Shown: positions 1 to 11,660 of the stretch, one piece after another
How the letters are laid out: each line of letters begins with the position of its first letter
Numbering within the stretch: position 1 is the first letter of the stretch
DNA from: Rhina ancylostomus
Taxonomy: Eukaryota
Length of the DNA: 64,000 nt
NCBI GenBank assembly: GCA_030265395.1
Contig: JARFYF010000074.1
Span: forward strand, 46,553,344 to 46,617,343
Direction of reading: 5' to 3'
Notes under the pieces: model-generated
The model's input: only the letters and a program-made list of their open reading frames with translations
Databases searched by the model: none
Told to the model about the DNA's origin: nothing
Translations under genes and position numbers: made by a program

Positions 1-39
1 TTGAGTGTGCAGGATCTGAGCAAATGAAATGACGTCCAG

Positions 40-2000
40 TGACAGTGCAAGGAAAGGGGAGGCTGGGGAGAATGCCAGTGGCTAAGGAATGTGGCATCCA
101 CAGTTGCTGCCTTTCTCAGATGGTTGCGTACAGCCTATCATGCATGCTACTGAAATGGCTTGAGATCTTGATAGACATCCATGACGATGGTTCTCATGAG
201 GTAAAATACAAATTGATCTCTTCAGATACTTGGTTAATTTTGTTAATGAGAAATCACTTTAGGTGGTTCTTCAAGTGGTATTGCTGGTAAAATTGCTTTA
301 GGACTTGCAATCTTCCATAGCTTTAAATATTCCAGTGGACCATTCTTCCTGCCCTGAGAGGGCATAGTCTTTGGAATATCAATTGTTATTATATGCTTGC
401 TGTGGCAAATACAGTAGGCCCCATTCCAGCAGATGAGAGATGAAAATCTGTAGAATGGAATGGGTCAATATTTTCATAAAACTGGCAGAGCTGTGGGTGG
501 CTAAAATGCAATCTTTAAAGTATGTATTTCTGATAGTACTGTAATGTAATTGACAATTGGAAGAAAAGTCATCCATCAGTAAACTCCAAAAGTTGGTTAA
601 TTCTCTGATAAGACAAACATTAATGACAGAAACGTCACTGCTGTATGAAACGAAACTCAATTACGCTGCAACATCTGTAAAGCTGCCCCATAGATAATGT
701 TGCATTACTAAATGTACAAATTGGCATCCAATTGGAAAAAAAACTTTGAAATTGTTCTCCACCTTCACCATTGATGTAACTTGCACATTGTTCAGAATTT
801 GTTGGTCTGCATGAGATGAAGACAGCACTAATCTGTTTAGATCTTTGCCTCTAATTCTGCCACATCCTGACTTACCAAATTTTTTATCAATGTACAGAGT
901 GACATTCTGAGCTACATCCTATGTCATAAAAAGTGATTTCCATTAGCAAATTAAACCATATGCAGTTTTGCTTCATGTGCACATGTTGTCATAGGTGGAG
1001 ATCATTTTTTCAATGCCTTTTAAAGAGATGCTGTTTCCTTTCCCTTGCATCCATGATAACTTTATACTCTGCTATTTTAATGTCATATTTTTCAGCCTCT
1101 ATCATATTCACTGTGAAATATGGTCACTGTGCACATTCTGTTATCAGAATGCCTGTAGGGCCCTTTCTTATATCGTAGCACAGCAAGTCCTCATCCGCCA
1201 CCTCCCAGCTGGCAGAACACTTCCTCAGCTTGAGTAGCTTCTCTGTTAGTCATTTCCAGGTGAAACATAAAGTTGTGGGAATGGCGTGTTAAGCCTCTTT
1301 TTGTAAGTTGTGTTGAAAATCTTTTCAGACCAATATTGGACCTCCTGTTCATTATGGTGATGACTGGCTCATTGTTGGTTCTTGCTGCCTCTTTGATCTT
1401 GAGAATATTATTCACTTATATTTCCAATTTCCACACATCCCTCATTTTCATGGTCCACCTCTTACGTTATTTCTATCCTTCCTGGATCTTATCTGTGGCA
1501 GTGACTTTCCTTAAACATGTATTACAGCCATACCCACTCCCACAGCTATGTGGAATATCCAACTTTCTGTCTTGCCTTCTGTAAACATTTCACCTCTTTC
1601 TCTGTTTCAGTTACATCTGCTCTGGCAATTCCTATTAAAATGAGAAATTGTGAGCAAATCCTTTCTGCACTGGATAGTTCCATTCTGTGTTCTTCTGCTT
1701 CCAGCCCTCTCACAACCAAGAGATTGTCACTAATGCTCAACTTCTGCACTGAAAGTCTTTGTATTTTCCAGAATGTCGTCATTATTTCTGTCACTCACAA
1801 CATAAAACTTTAATAGTATGGCACGGAAGGAGGCCATTTGGCATAGTGAGTTCTTGTTTTTTTTGTAGGTCTTGCACTAAATCCATTTCCTGTGTCTGCT
1901 TTCCAGGCAGTGCTGGTACCCTTGGAAAATTACTGCTTTTTCACCTATCTTTTTGTCACTTTCCACATTGCTGATCATGGCCCCTTGCACACCTTCTGTC
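40..2000 (-). mobile_element. Possible highly decayed Gypsy-type LTR retrotransposon internal region
   Basis: Minus-strand fragments weakly recall gag (ISDNLLVVRGLEAE, similar to LRDRLVCG), Zn-knuckle, RT/RNase H and integrase-adjacent (LSHWHSP) segments in the expected order, with many stops. Recognition is weak. Confidence 0.3.
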
Positions 2001-3329
2001 TGAGGTAGCAATTTGCGTTATGATATATGGGATAGTATTTGTCCTTTCACATTGGGGAGAGCAAATGAAGCGTAAGTGCCCTCTTTGCTAAGCACCTCTT
2101 TGTAAGTTCAACCCCAAGTGGCCTAAGGTACTTCACTTGAATTCCTCCTGTCATTTCCATTTGACCTATTATTGGCCTGTGTCCTATAAAAAATAATCTG
2201 GGGCAATTGCTTCCTTCTAGAAATCCTGAAAGTCTCTTGTCTGATCAATGATTTCAGTAACTTAAGGTGTTATCCATATTCTGATTGTCAGACCTATTGT
2301 AATTTATATCTACCTCCTGGGTTTTACAAATCTTCCACTTTCTTGTGCTTTCCTTCCACTTTCATAGCATTTACATGTATTTCTCTAATTTTTTTCGTAG
2401 TTTAGCCCTATTACTTGACATGAACTAGAAATATCATTCCATTCTGCTTTCTCTCTGTATTTATGTCATTTTATATATTTATATTCTTCCCCTTTTCTCA
2501 CCATATTAATATTCCTGTCAATCTTCTTTTTCAGTTCTGAAGAANNNNNNNNNNTGACCTGCTGTGTGTTTCAATTTTCTTTCAGACATCAGTATTTGGA
2601 GTATTTTGCTTTTTATCTTTTTAATTATTACTTAGACCAAATTGATAGTCATAAATTGCGCAACTTGAATGGATTTATTGAACCCTCCTCCCTAGTTCTG
2701 TCAATCTTTGATTTGATCAAAAATCTTTCACAGTTTTTAAGTAATTCATTGGATGTTTTCATTATACTGAGTTGGATGTGACTCCAACTTTCATTCCATT
2801 CAAGCAATCACTGTTCAAGATGGCAAGAATTTGTGCTTGTCAGACAAGAGAACTAAACCACTTTGGGTCACATTGTGAAAGCAAGGTCCTCGCGGGTCAC
2901 TGTAAATACTTTTTTTTAATCTACTCCCCTTTAATGTTGGGTTGAGAAAACCCAAATTAATTCACTTTGTTCTCCTACAGCTGGTAAATTGGGAGCACTG
3001 TGTTCAAGGCCAATTTTAAACTCTTTAGAGTTCAAAGTGGTAACATTTTGTATTTCTCTCAAATGTCGTAGATGACTTGTGAATTTTCTCAGAACATCTC
3101 CAGACTATTACCATAGCTTTGGCAAAAGTTGAGACAGCAGAGTAGGAGTTGGTTGGGCAAATATAACTTCACCAGCTATTGTATTTGTTTTTTAAATAAG
3201 TTTTTGATTTTTTTTGCTGTGCATTGAAAGAAAATTACTGAAACATGGCATTTAATTATGTTCATGTCTAGAATATATTAAGGTAAACTCTTGAAAGAAA
3301 TGTGTTTCAATAAAATTATTTTAACTCCT

Positions 3330-3545
3330 TACAACACAGAATGAGGCTATTCTGCCTATTGGGTCCATGCTAGCTCCAGACAGAGCAATCCCTTCAGTCC
3401 CATTTCCCCTCTTATTTTCTTGTAACCTTGCAGCTTATTCTCTTGCCAGTTTTGGAGGGAAAACCAACATGGTCACAGGGACAATCTGTAAATTCCACAT
3501 TGTACCTGAGTTCAGGATCCTAGCCATGTCACAAAAGCAGTGAGG
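3330..3545 (-). mobile_element. CR1 3' tail plus decayed SINE fragment
   Basis: acaacacagaatgaggctattctgcctattgggtccatgc is a reversed CR1 3' end. It is followed by ggaaaaccaacatggtcacagggacaatctgtaaattccaca, which resembles the reverse complement of the SINE at 39805. Confidence 0.55.
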
Positions 3546-5908
3546 CATTTGTCAGTCTATCTCAGTAGATTGCTGGTACAGCTTCAGATATTGAACTCAA
3601 AAGTCTAGGCTGAAACCCAACTATAATATTGGCAAGGTGCATTGGATATGTTACATTTTCTATTGAAGGTTAAGATGAGGTCCTCTCAAGTGAAAGTAAA
3701 GATCTCTATTGTTCTTTTCCAAAAAATAGTATGTCATAGCTAATATTTACCTCTCAACCAGAGTCAAAAATGTCTGTTCAATAACACTTTGCATTTTGGA
3801 GTATTGTACAATGACCCTGAGTTTCCTGAATTTAACAGTGACCAGACTTCAAAAGTTCTTGGTTAATGACTGATGTAGAAAATCCTAAGCTTGTGTAAAT
3901 CTCTATATAATTTTTTTTTCTTTTTTCCTTCAGTTTGCCCTAAACATTATGATACATAGCTAATGGATAATCTTTGAAGCTATCATCACCTGAAATACGG
4001 TTGTTCAATCCACTATGAGAAACCTATTCCACTAGTCAGGCACCATAATTTTGTCTTGGATTGCAGGAGGTTTTTGTCATAATGCCATTGATTTTTGGCA
4101 CACAGACTTACAGAGCAACTTTGCATGCTGCTCTTCCTTAATCCACACCAAAATATCCTAGTAAAAAAGCTTTACACAGCACAGTAAAATTAAAAGGCAT
4201 GGAACAGTTAAAGTACATAAAACTTACTTATTACATTGACACTGGTAAATTTATTTCTGGAAATTGATTTGCCCCTTTTCCTGACTTGGGGAGTAAAAAT
4301 GAAACAAATCTTGGTTTAGCTTTTTTATGTTTTCTGGCCATTGATCGTGATTTATGGTCCTATTTGCATAATTTCTTTATGCATTCGAGGAAAGGCTATA
4401 AGTATGTTTGTTTTGAAAGCAATTTTATTTCTCTCAATCTTCATAATTCGGAATCTGTATCCTAAGATTATCCTTATTACAATATGCCAATATCTCTTTG
4501 AATGTAAGATGTCCAGACTTGTACAAAATATTTTTAAAATTTGCACTAGTTAGATAAGTGTAAGGTAGAAGAGATATATGTTACATTGACTCTAAATCAT
4601 GAATCTGTTCAGCTTTTCAATCTTTTGGGCACTTTCATGCTCGTATTGTTTCTGCCATGTTTCCACAACATCATTAAAAGTTTGTTCCTGAGCCCAGCCA
4701 ACTCTCTTTCACTCTTGCTTGTCACCTGTTTAGGTCACATTACATACCAGATAATTTTTGAATCAAACTCAGCTGGTTGAATTTTCTTATGTGGGCATAG
4801 CACTTTTTTGGAGATTGCAACAAAAGTGTTGAAACTTTACGCTGCTTAAAACTAATCCTTTTAGCTGCTAAATCATAAATGTCCTCTGCAATGAGAGCCA
4901 ACCCATTGGGATACACATCATTTGCTTTTATCACTAATCTGTTTACATATTATTTGCACATTTTCTCTTAACAAATTGTTATCTACCCTGCCCTTTGAAA
5001 AGCAGATCAAAACCAGCAAAAGCCGAATGTTGTGGGAAAAGTTGAAACTTTTGAATTTTTTTCTGAACAGTTTTGGCTTGCACATTTTGTAACGATAATT
5101 CTGTATAGCCATCAAAATTTGTTTACATTGTATTTCCTTTTGAGTCTTATTTCACATACTCATGCTTTTAAAGCAGCTCCAATTTATGGCAGTATTTAAT
5201 GTGTTATGGGCTTTCTTCACCCAATAATGCTTGCAGTGATTTTAATGCATTTCAATACTTGATGATCTGCAATATAGGTCACGAATGATAGTTTTCAGAA
5301 GATAGATTCTTCTGCGGTTAATGTGACGGAAAAAAGCATCAAAAATATAAAATTCTGTGGACTTCATTTATCTTTTCCTTTTTGAGACATCCGAGCTGAC
5401 ATTTTTGAAGCTTTAATTTCTACAAATAGAAATAAAGAGTGGCATTTAATGTGTTAATGGTGCTTGTAACCATTGTTAAATGCACATTGCAAAGAACTTT
5501 GTTCATGCTACTTTGTCCTTGAACACATTTGCAGGATGCTTTTTTGAGGTAAGTTTTGTGGAGTTATTTGTAGAGTTTGGATTGCTCGTACTTTTCATCC
5601 AACTGCTGTGTATATATAACTCTGAATCCTATTTTAAGCTACATTCCTCAGGTCATTTTTGAATTTCAGAACCTGAAGCTGATTCTAATCTTTCCTTGCG
5701 ATTCTTTCATAATTCTTGGGTCTAATNNNNNNNNNNNNNNNNNNNNNNNNNNNNNNNNNNNNNNNNNNNNNACATCCCTGTAGTTTATGAAATCGGCCAA
5801 CTTTTAGACCAAGTTAGACAGTGAAACAACTTTTTAGACCTTCTACTAACCAAGAAAGAACCTAGCCTGCTTTTATCGTAATTGGAATATACACTTTCTT
5901 GTGCCAAA

Positions 5909-6952
5909 ATGGCAAGTTTTGGCAGGGGCCAGAGCAATCAAATGCGTACTAAGAGGAAGAGTCGTTTTCATGATGCAGACGCTGGAGGTCATGCTGCAGG
6001 TCCACCTTTGAATATCCAAGCAGCTCTTGGGACATTGTGCCAGAATCCACACTTGGCTGGCTTAATAAATTCCGGACAGGGTCAGAGTTATGGCCTACAT
6101 GGTACAGGACAGGGTCAGAATTATGGCCCGCAGGGTGTGGGGCCAGGCCAGAACTTTGGTCCACAAGGTGTGGGACAGGGTCAGAATTTTGGCCCACAAG
6201 GTGTGGGACAAAGAGCTAAAGGTTTGATGTCTTCAGCAGGTGGGCCCTCACGATACAGCGATACTGCTAGCAATAGTTTGCCTTCATTGTTCGGAGTTAG
6301 AAATCAGAATCAACAATCTCATGCTGTTCAGAAACAAATTGATGCAGACAGGGCAAGTAACATTTTAGCTGCATTTGGCCTTTCATCCAGGGATTTGGAT
6401 GAATTGAGCCACTATCCTGAAGATAAACTTACACCTGAATCCTTGCCAGAAATTCTTATGGAGATTAAAAGAAGAAGGGCTAATGAAGGAACATCTTCAA
6501 AATACAACAGAGGTGATGGTTCTCTACGACATGACCGTTCCTACAGAGCCTCTCATGATGACTGGGAGGAAGAAAGACATTTTAGGAAACATAATTATGG
6601 AAGTCGTGACTCCAGTCTTGACTCAGTGGTTGAATATAGCCACGGTCATTCTTCTCGAGAGTCAAGTTCTAGATATGACCGGAAGGACTATGAACGTGAA
6701 CGATTAAGAGGCAATGATGACTTTTCCAGAGAGGAAATGCACCTCTCTGAGTCCTCACACAATTTCAATAAATTTGATTCTGATTATGGAAGAGCTGCTC
6801 GTCTTCCTTCTCCTCGTACACATGAAAGGTCTCTCTTTGAGAGAAAACGAGGATCACCTTCATTGAACAACATAAATGATTACCATGGTTTTTTGCCAGC
6901 AGTCTTCCCCTACTTGTGCTCGCTGTGTGATCTAACCATTCATTCTGTACAG
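5909..6952 (+). CDS. MATR3: Matrin-3-like coding exon 1 (N-terminal disordered region and CxxC half of ZnF1)
   Basis: ATG at 5909 in AAAATGG context. Contains DADRASNILAAFGLSSRDLDELSHYPEDKLTPESLPEIL, DDWEEERHFR, ERSLFERKRG and YLCSLCD, which match matrin-3. Ends CAG|gtgagt at 6952 (348 codons, phase 0). Confidence 0.95.
6074..6211 (+). repeat. Coding tandem repeat, 33 bp x ~4.2 (GQGQN[Y/F]GPQGV)
   Basis: Units GQGQSYGLHGT / GQGQNYGPQGV / GPGQNFGPQGV / GQGQNFGPQGV / GQ are directly readable. Confidence 0.95.
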
Positions 6953-8469
6953 GTGAGTGACCTCTAAATTCTTTAAGAGTTACATTAGAAAAAAATATAA
7001 CAGCTGCAGCTCTCCTTGGACTTGGAAAACATCATTTGGTTTTAAGGTTGTCTTAGATGACTCTCTGGATAACCTTTGCTTCTGATGTCTTGTTTGCCAG
7101 TTTCAAAAAGTATAATGCAATTAAATCTACTTTTCTACACATTCTTTTCTTTGAGTGGAGAGATATTCATACAAATTAAGTCCTTATTGAATTTTGAGCT
7201 CATTATTGTGTTTCAGCTACGTTTGGCTTCTGCACTCTCCTAGCTGCATACTTGAACTTCACTTAGTTCAAATTCAAATCACTTCCTTCAGGTTAGAAAC
7301 TCAAAAAGCCATATGAAGTTTTCTAAGTCTGTACTTTTGATCTATTTTAAGATTTGAATTTGCTTTTGTTGAGTGGATGGATTTTTACCAGATTTACTGA
7401 ATGGTCTTATTTCCATCGAACATGAAGGGTCATATCATAGTCCATGTAAACTTTTTTCTCTTTTTCTGTCTCTTATGTGGCAACAGAAATCATTTTCCAA
7501 ACCACCAGCACCTGAAGTTTGCTGTACAAATAAGATCTGATAACAATGTATTTGATTTCTAACAGTTTTTTTTCTGTTCATTCTCTTTCTCCTATTTTCT
7601 GTCTTTAATTCCCATCAATCTTCCATCTCTCATGATGGTGTTTCTTCCCTGTGCTCCTTAGCATAGGTGTAATTTCTTTCTAGGAATTTTAGAGTTTCAA
7701 CTCCACAAAATTGTGTGAGGCTTTCATTGTTTTATCCAGCAAATTCATAAAAACTGTGGGGTCTGTTTTTGAAAGAATCAAACCTTTGCCAAAAGATTCA
7801 TATTAAAAAGAAAAGATATTAAAGTTCTCAGTTGATGACTAGATTTCCTTTGCACAAATTACATTTATTACCATTTACAAATGTAAAGGGAATGTAATTT
7901 TGGATTTATGGTTTCAATATATGATCCCTATTTTAACATTGATATTTTTAACATAGACTCTATAAATTCAACTGTATTTTCACTGAAACTTTTAAGTTTA
8001 TTTTGAGTCTTCGACTTCTAAAATTAAAATGTTAAGTTCTGAATCCTATGGATTGGTGAGGAGCCAGTGATAATGACAACCATTTAATAAACTTATTAAT
8101 AAAATGATGGTAAAACTGAACCTATCAAAGGTGAGTGATTATAGTGTTCACTTAAAAAATAATCTAAACAATGTGGAACTAAATAGTGCATTGTCATAAA
8201 CTTAAAATCTTTTTGCCAAAGCTGCATTCTACTGAATGAGCAAGGTTATATATAATAATTTTCATGTCTGTTCAAAACTTATCATGCATTTTAATGTGCT
8301 AGTGATTATGTATTGGACATTATTGTCTCACAGTCAGAAAAAAACTGAGTCAGGTTCACAATCTGAATTATTTCTAGGAACCAATTTTGCACAGAATTTT
8401 GGAGCTTTCTAAGTGGTCCTGTTAGAGGTACCAGAAATCTCTGGATTACATCCAGTGATGGTGTTCTTT

Positions 8470-9720
8470 TTTTGTATTCACTTAAAGGATATGGGCTTCC
8501 TAGGTTGAGCTAGCACTTAATTGCCTATCCCTAATTGCCCTTGTGAAAGTGGTGGTGTGCTGCCACCTTGAACCTTTGTAGTCTTTGAGGTGTGGGTATA
8601 CCCACAATCCTGTTAGGGAGAGTGACAGGGATTTTAACCCAGTAATATTGAAAGAATGATGATATACTTCCAAGTCAGGGTGCTGTGTGGCTTGGGCAAC
8701 TTCAACATGGAGGTGTTCCTATGCTTTTGCTGCCCTTGACCTCGAATTCAGTGGTTTAGAAGGTGCTCTTTAATGAGCCTTGGTGATTTGCTGCAGCCCA
8801 TCCTGCAGATGGTTTAAAACTGTTGCTAGTATTTATTAGTGTGGAGTGAGTGGTTATGGATGTGGTGCCTATCCAGCTGGCTGCTCTGTCATGTATGGTG
8901 TCATGCTTTTTAATTGTTGTTGAAGCTGCATTCATTCAGGCAAGTGGAGGGTATTCCATCACATTCCTAACTTAAGCTCTGTGGATGGTAGACAGACTTT
9001 GGGAAGTTAGAGGCGAGTTACCTACCACAGGATTCCTAGCCTCTGACCTGCTCTTGGAGTCACATTGTGTATATAGCTACTCCTGTCGGTTTCTGGTTAT
9101 TGGTAATCCCCAGGATATTGATGGGGAGAATTTAGTGATGATAATACCATTAAATGTAAGGGGATGATATCTGGATTTTCTCTTGTTGGACATTGCCATT
9201 GCCTGGGACTTGTGTGACACGAATGTTACTTGCCACCTATCATCTCAAGCCTGGATATTGTCCGGGTCTTACTGTACTTGAAGACACGAGATTGCAAGTG
9301 CTGGAATCTGGAGCAACAATTTGCGGAGGGCCAAGCAGAATGTGTGGGGGAGGGTGGATACACCCTGCATCAGGACCCTCCAGCAGATTGTTGGTCTTGC
9401 TACATTTGGCAATGAACTGCTTCATCATCCAAGGCATTGTGAATGGTGCTGAATGTTGTGCAATAATCAGTGAATATCCCTACTTCTGATCTTAGATTGA
9501 AGGTAGGTCATTGCTGAAGATGGTTGGGTCTAGGACACCAGCCTGAAGAACCTCTGCAGAGATGTCCTGTGGCTGAGATGATTGACCTACAACCATCTAC
9601 CCTTGTGCTAAGTATAATTCCAACCAGCGGGGGTTGGGGGGAGGGAGGGTCCTCAGATTCCCATTGACTCCAGTTCAGCCACAGTTCCTTGGTGCTATAC
9701 TCAATCAACTGTTGCTTTGA
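8470..9720 (-). mobile_element. Decayed non-LTR retrotransposon (CR1/L2 group), 3' part
   Basis: Its start (ttgcctatccctaattgcccttg...ggtggtg..ctgcc) recurs at ~63090 and its internal sequence recurs at 32210-32580; ORFs are disrupted. Confidence 0.7.
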
Positions 9721-9929
9721 TCAGCACACAGGAACAGTTAAGTAGTTGAAGTGTCACTGGGTGAGCATTTTGGGGATAGTTTTTAAGTAAGCATAAGGGT
9801 AATCAGGGAATGAGTAGGGCTCATTGGGAATCAAACACGCAATCTGCATGGAGCCAGAGGACATAGATGAGATCTTAAATTAATACTCATCTGTACTTAC
9901 CAAGGAGAAATGCACTACTGATGTGACAC

Positions 9930-10600
9930 TTCCAATTACTTGCCCAGCTACATTCTGCACTTGGGTGATTCCAGTTAACACTATAACCATATTGCTTTTA
10001 TACCTCTTTGTGATTTGTGTACACATCTGTTCTGCTATCTCCCGCTGATTGGTGAGTTGCCTGTAATGTACCCCCAGCAAAATGATCACCCATTTCATTA
10101 TTTCTCTGCTTTACCTCATTTGATGAGCCTTCTAGCATATCCTCCCTCATTAATGCAGTGACGGCCTCAATCAATACTGCAAAGGCCCCTTAGTTTCTCC
10201 CCTATCATGCCTGAAGTTTCTGTACCCTGGAATGTTGCCAGTCCTGCCCCTCTGTCAATCAAAGTTCTGCCATTACAACAATATCATGTTCCTGTGTGCT
10301 GATCAATACTCTAAATTCATCTGCCTTACCAGCTATGCTCCTTGCATTAAAGTAGATGCAATTTATCCTTTCAATCCTCCTCGTCTATGTTTGTTCTGCT
10401 TATTTGGACTTAGTTTTTCTTTTATATTTGACTGTCCTCCCAACAGCCCCCCCCCCCCGCACCCCCAAACTGTATACCTAGTCTATGCCCCATTCCCCTG
10501 CCAAATTAGTTTAAAACTTCCCCAACAGCACAAACAAACCTCGCATCAAGGACATTGGTTCCTTTGTTGTTCAGGTGCAACTCCTCCTACCTATACAAGT
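9930..10600 (-). mobile_element. CR1 LINE fragment (ORF1/endonuclease region)
   Basis: Minus ORF remnants KWVIILLGVHYR...YKSNMVIVL resemble CR1 APE (LGVYYRPPN...VVIVGDFN); ccctgccaaattagtttaaa motif. Confidence 0.65.
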
Positions 10601-11660
10601 TGGCAAATTGGATTCAAAATTCTTTTGGTAATTGGGGACTGGGGATGATGGTGGGAGCTTTGCTTTTTTGATTGGAAGTCTGTGACCAGTGCTGTACCAC
10701 AAGGATCATTGCTGTATTAATGATTTGGATATGAAATTAGGAGATATGATTAGTAAGCTTGCAGATTACATGAAAATCAATAGTGGTGTTGATGGTGAGG
10801 AGGATAGTCTTTGACGGAATAATATTGGTCAGCTGATAAAGCTGGGCACAGTGATGGCAGATGGAATTTAATCCTGATAAATGTGAGGTAATGCATTTTG
10901 GCAGGTCTTATGAGGGTAGAATGTATACCGTGAATGATGCCATTCTATGGGGCTTTGAGGAACAGAGGGACTAAACATCCCTGAAGGTGGCAGCACCGGT
11001 AGGTAGAGTGATGATAATGGCATGTGGTTTGCTTGTCTTAATTAGCTTGGGGCATAGAATGTAAGAGGAGGAAAGTTCTGATACAGTTTGATTAAAACAT
11101 TAATTAGGTCACAGCTGGAATGTTGTGTGAACTTCTGGTCACCAAGTCATAGGAAGGGCATGATTGCACTGGAGAGGATGCAGAGGAGATTTACCATGAT
11201 GTTATCTGGTAAATGCTGCCTGAATGTTTAACTTACGAGGAGAGACTGAATATGTTTGGTTTGTCTTCAGAGGAGCAGTGGCGGCTGGGCGTGGACCTGT
11301 TAGAAGTATACAGTATTATGAGGAGCATAGATAGGGTGGATAGTGAAAAACTTTTTTCCATAGTGAAGATGTCTAAAATCAGAGGGCGTGGGTTTAATGT
11401 GAAGAATAAGAGGGTTAGAGGTATCTGAGGGGAAAAAACAAACATCCAGAGGGTGGTGGCAATCTGAAATGCACTACCTGAAAAGGTGGTGGAGGCAAAT
11501 ACTCTCACAATATTTAAAAGGTATTTGGATGAGCAGGTGAATTGTCAAGGCATCGAAGGGATAAGCGCAGGTAAATGGGATTAGTGTAGTTGGGTTCTTC
11601 ATGGTCAGCATGGATATGGTGGACCACAGAGTATATTTCTGCACTATATGACTCCATAAT
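10600..11660 (+). mobile_element. CR1 LINE 3' end (RT C-terminus and 3' UTR), decayed
   Basis: gtgaccagtgctgtaccacaaggatc (VPQG), WQMEFNPDKCEVMHFG-like DNA, ORF 11213 LTYEERLNMFGLSS...DLLEVYSIMRSIDRVD, and a typical CR1 tail. Confidence 0.9.

Noticed and set aside
1-5900. SNORA74/U19 snoRNA, hosted upstream of human MATR3
   Set aside because: No recognisable match seen by eye; a cmsearch would be needed to exclude it.
6953-6967. Read-through of the exon 1 donor giving a truncated protein ending VSDL*
   Set aside because: This is the normal result of an ORF running into an intron; there is no evidence for intronic polyadenylation.
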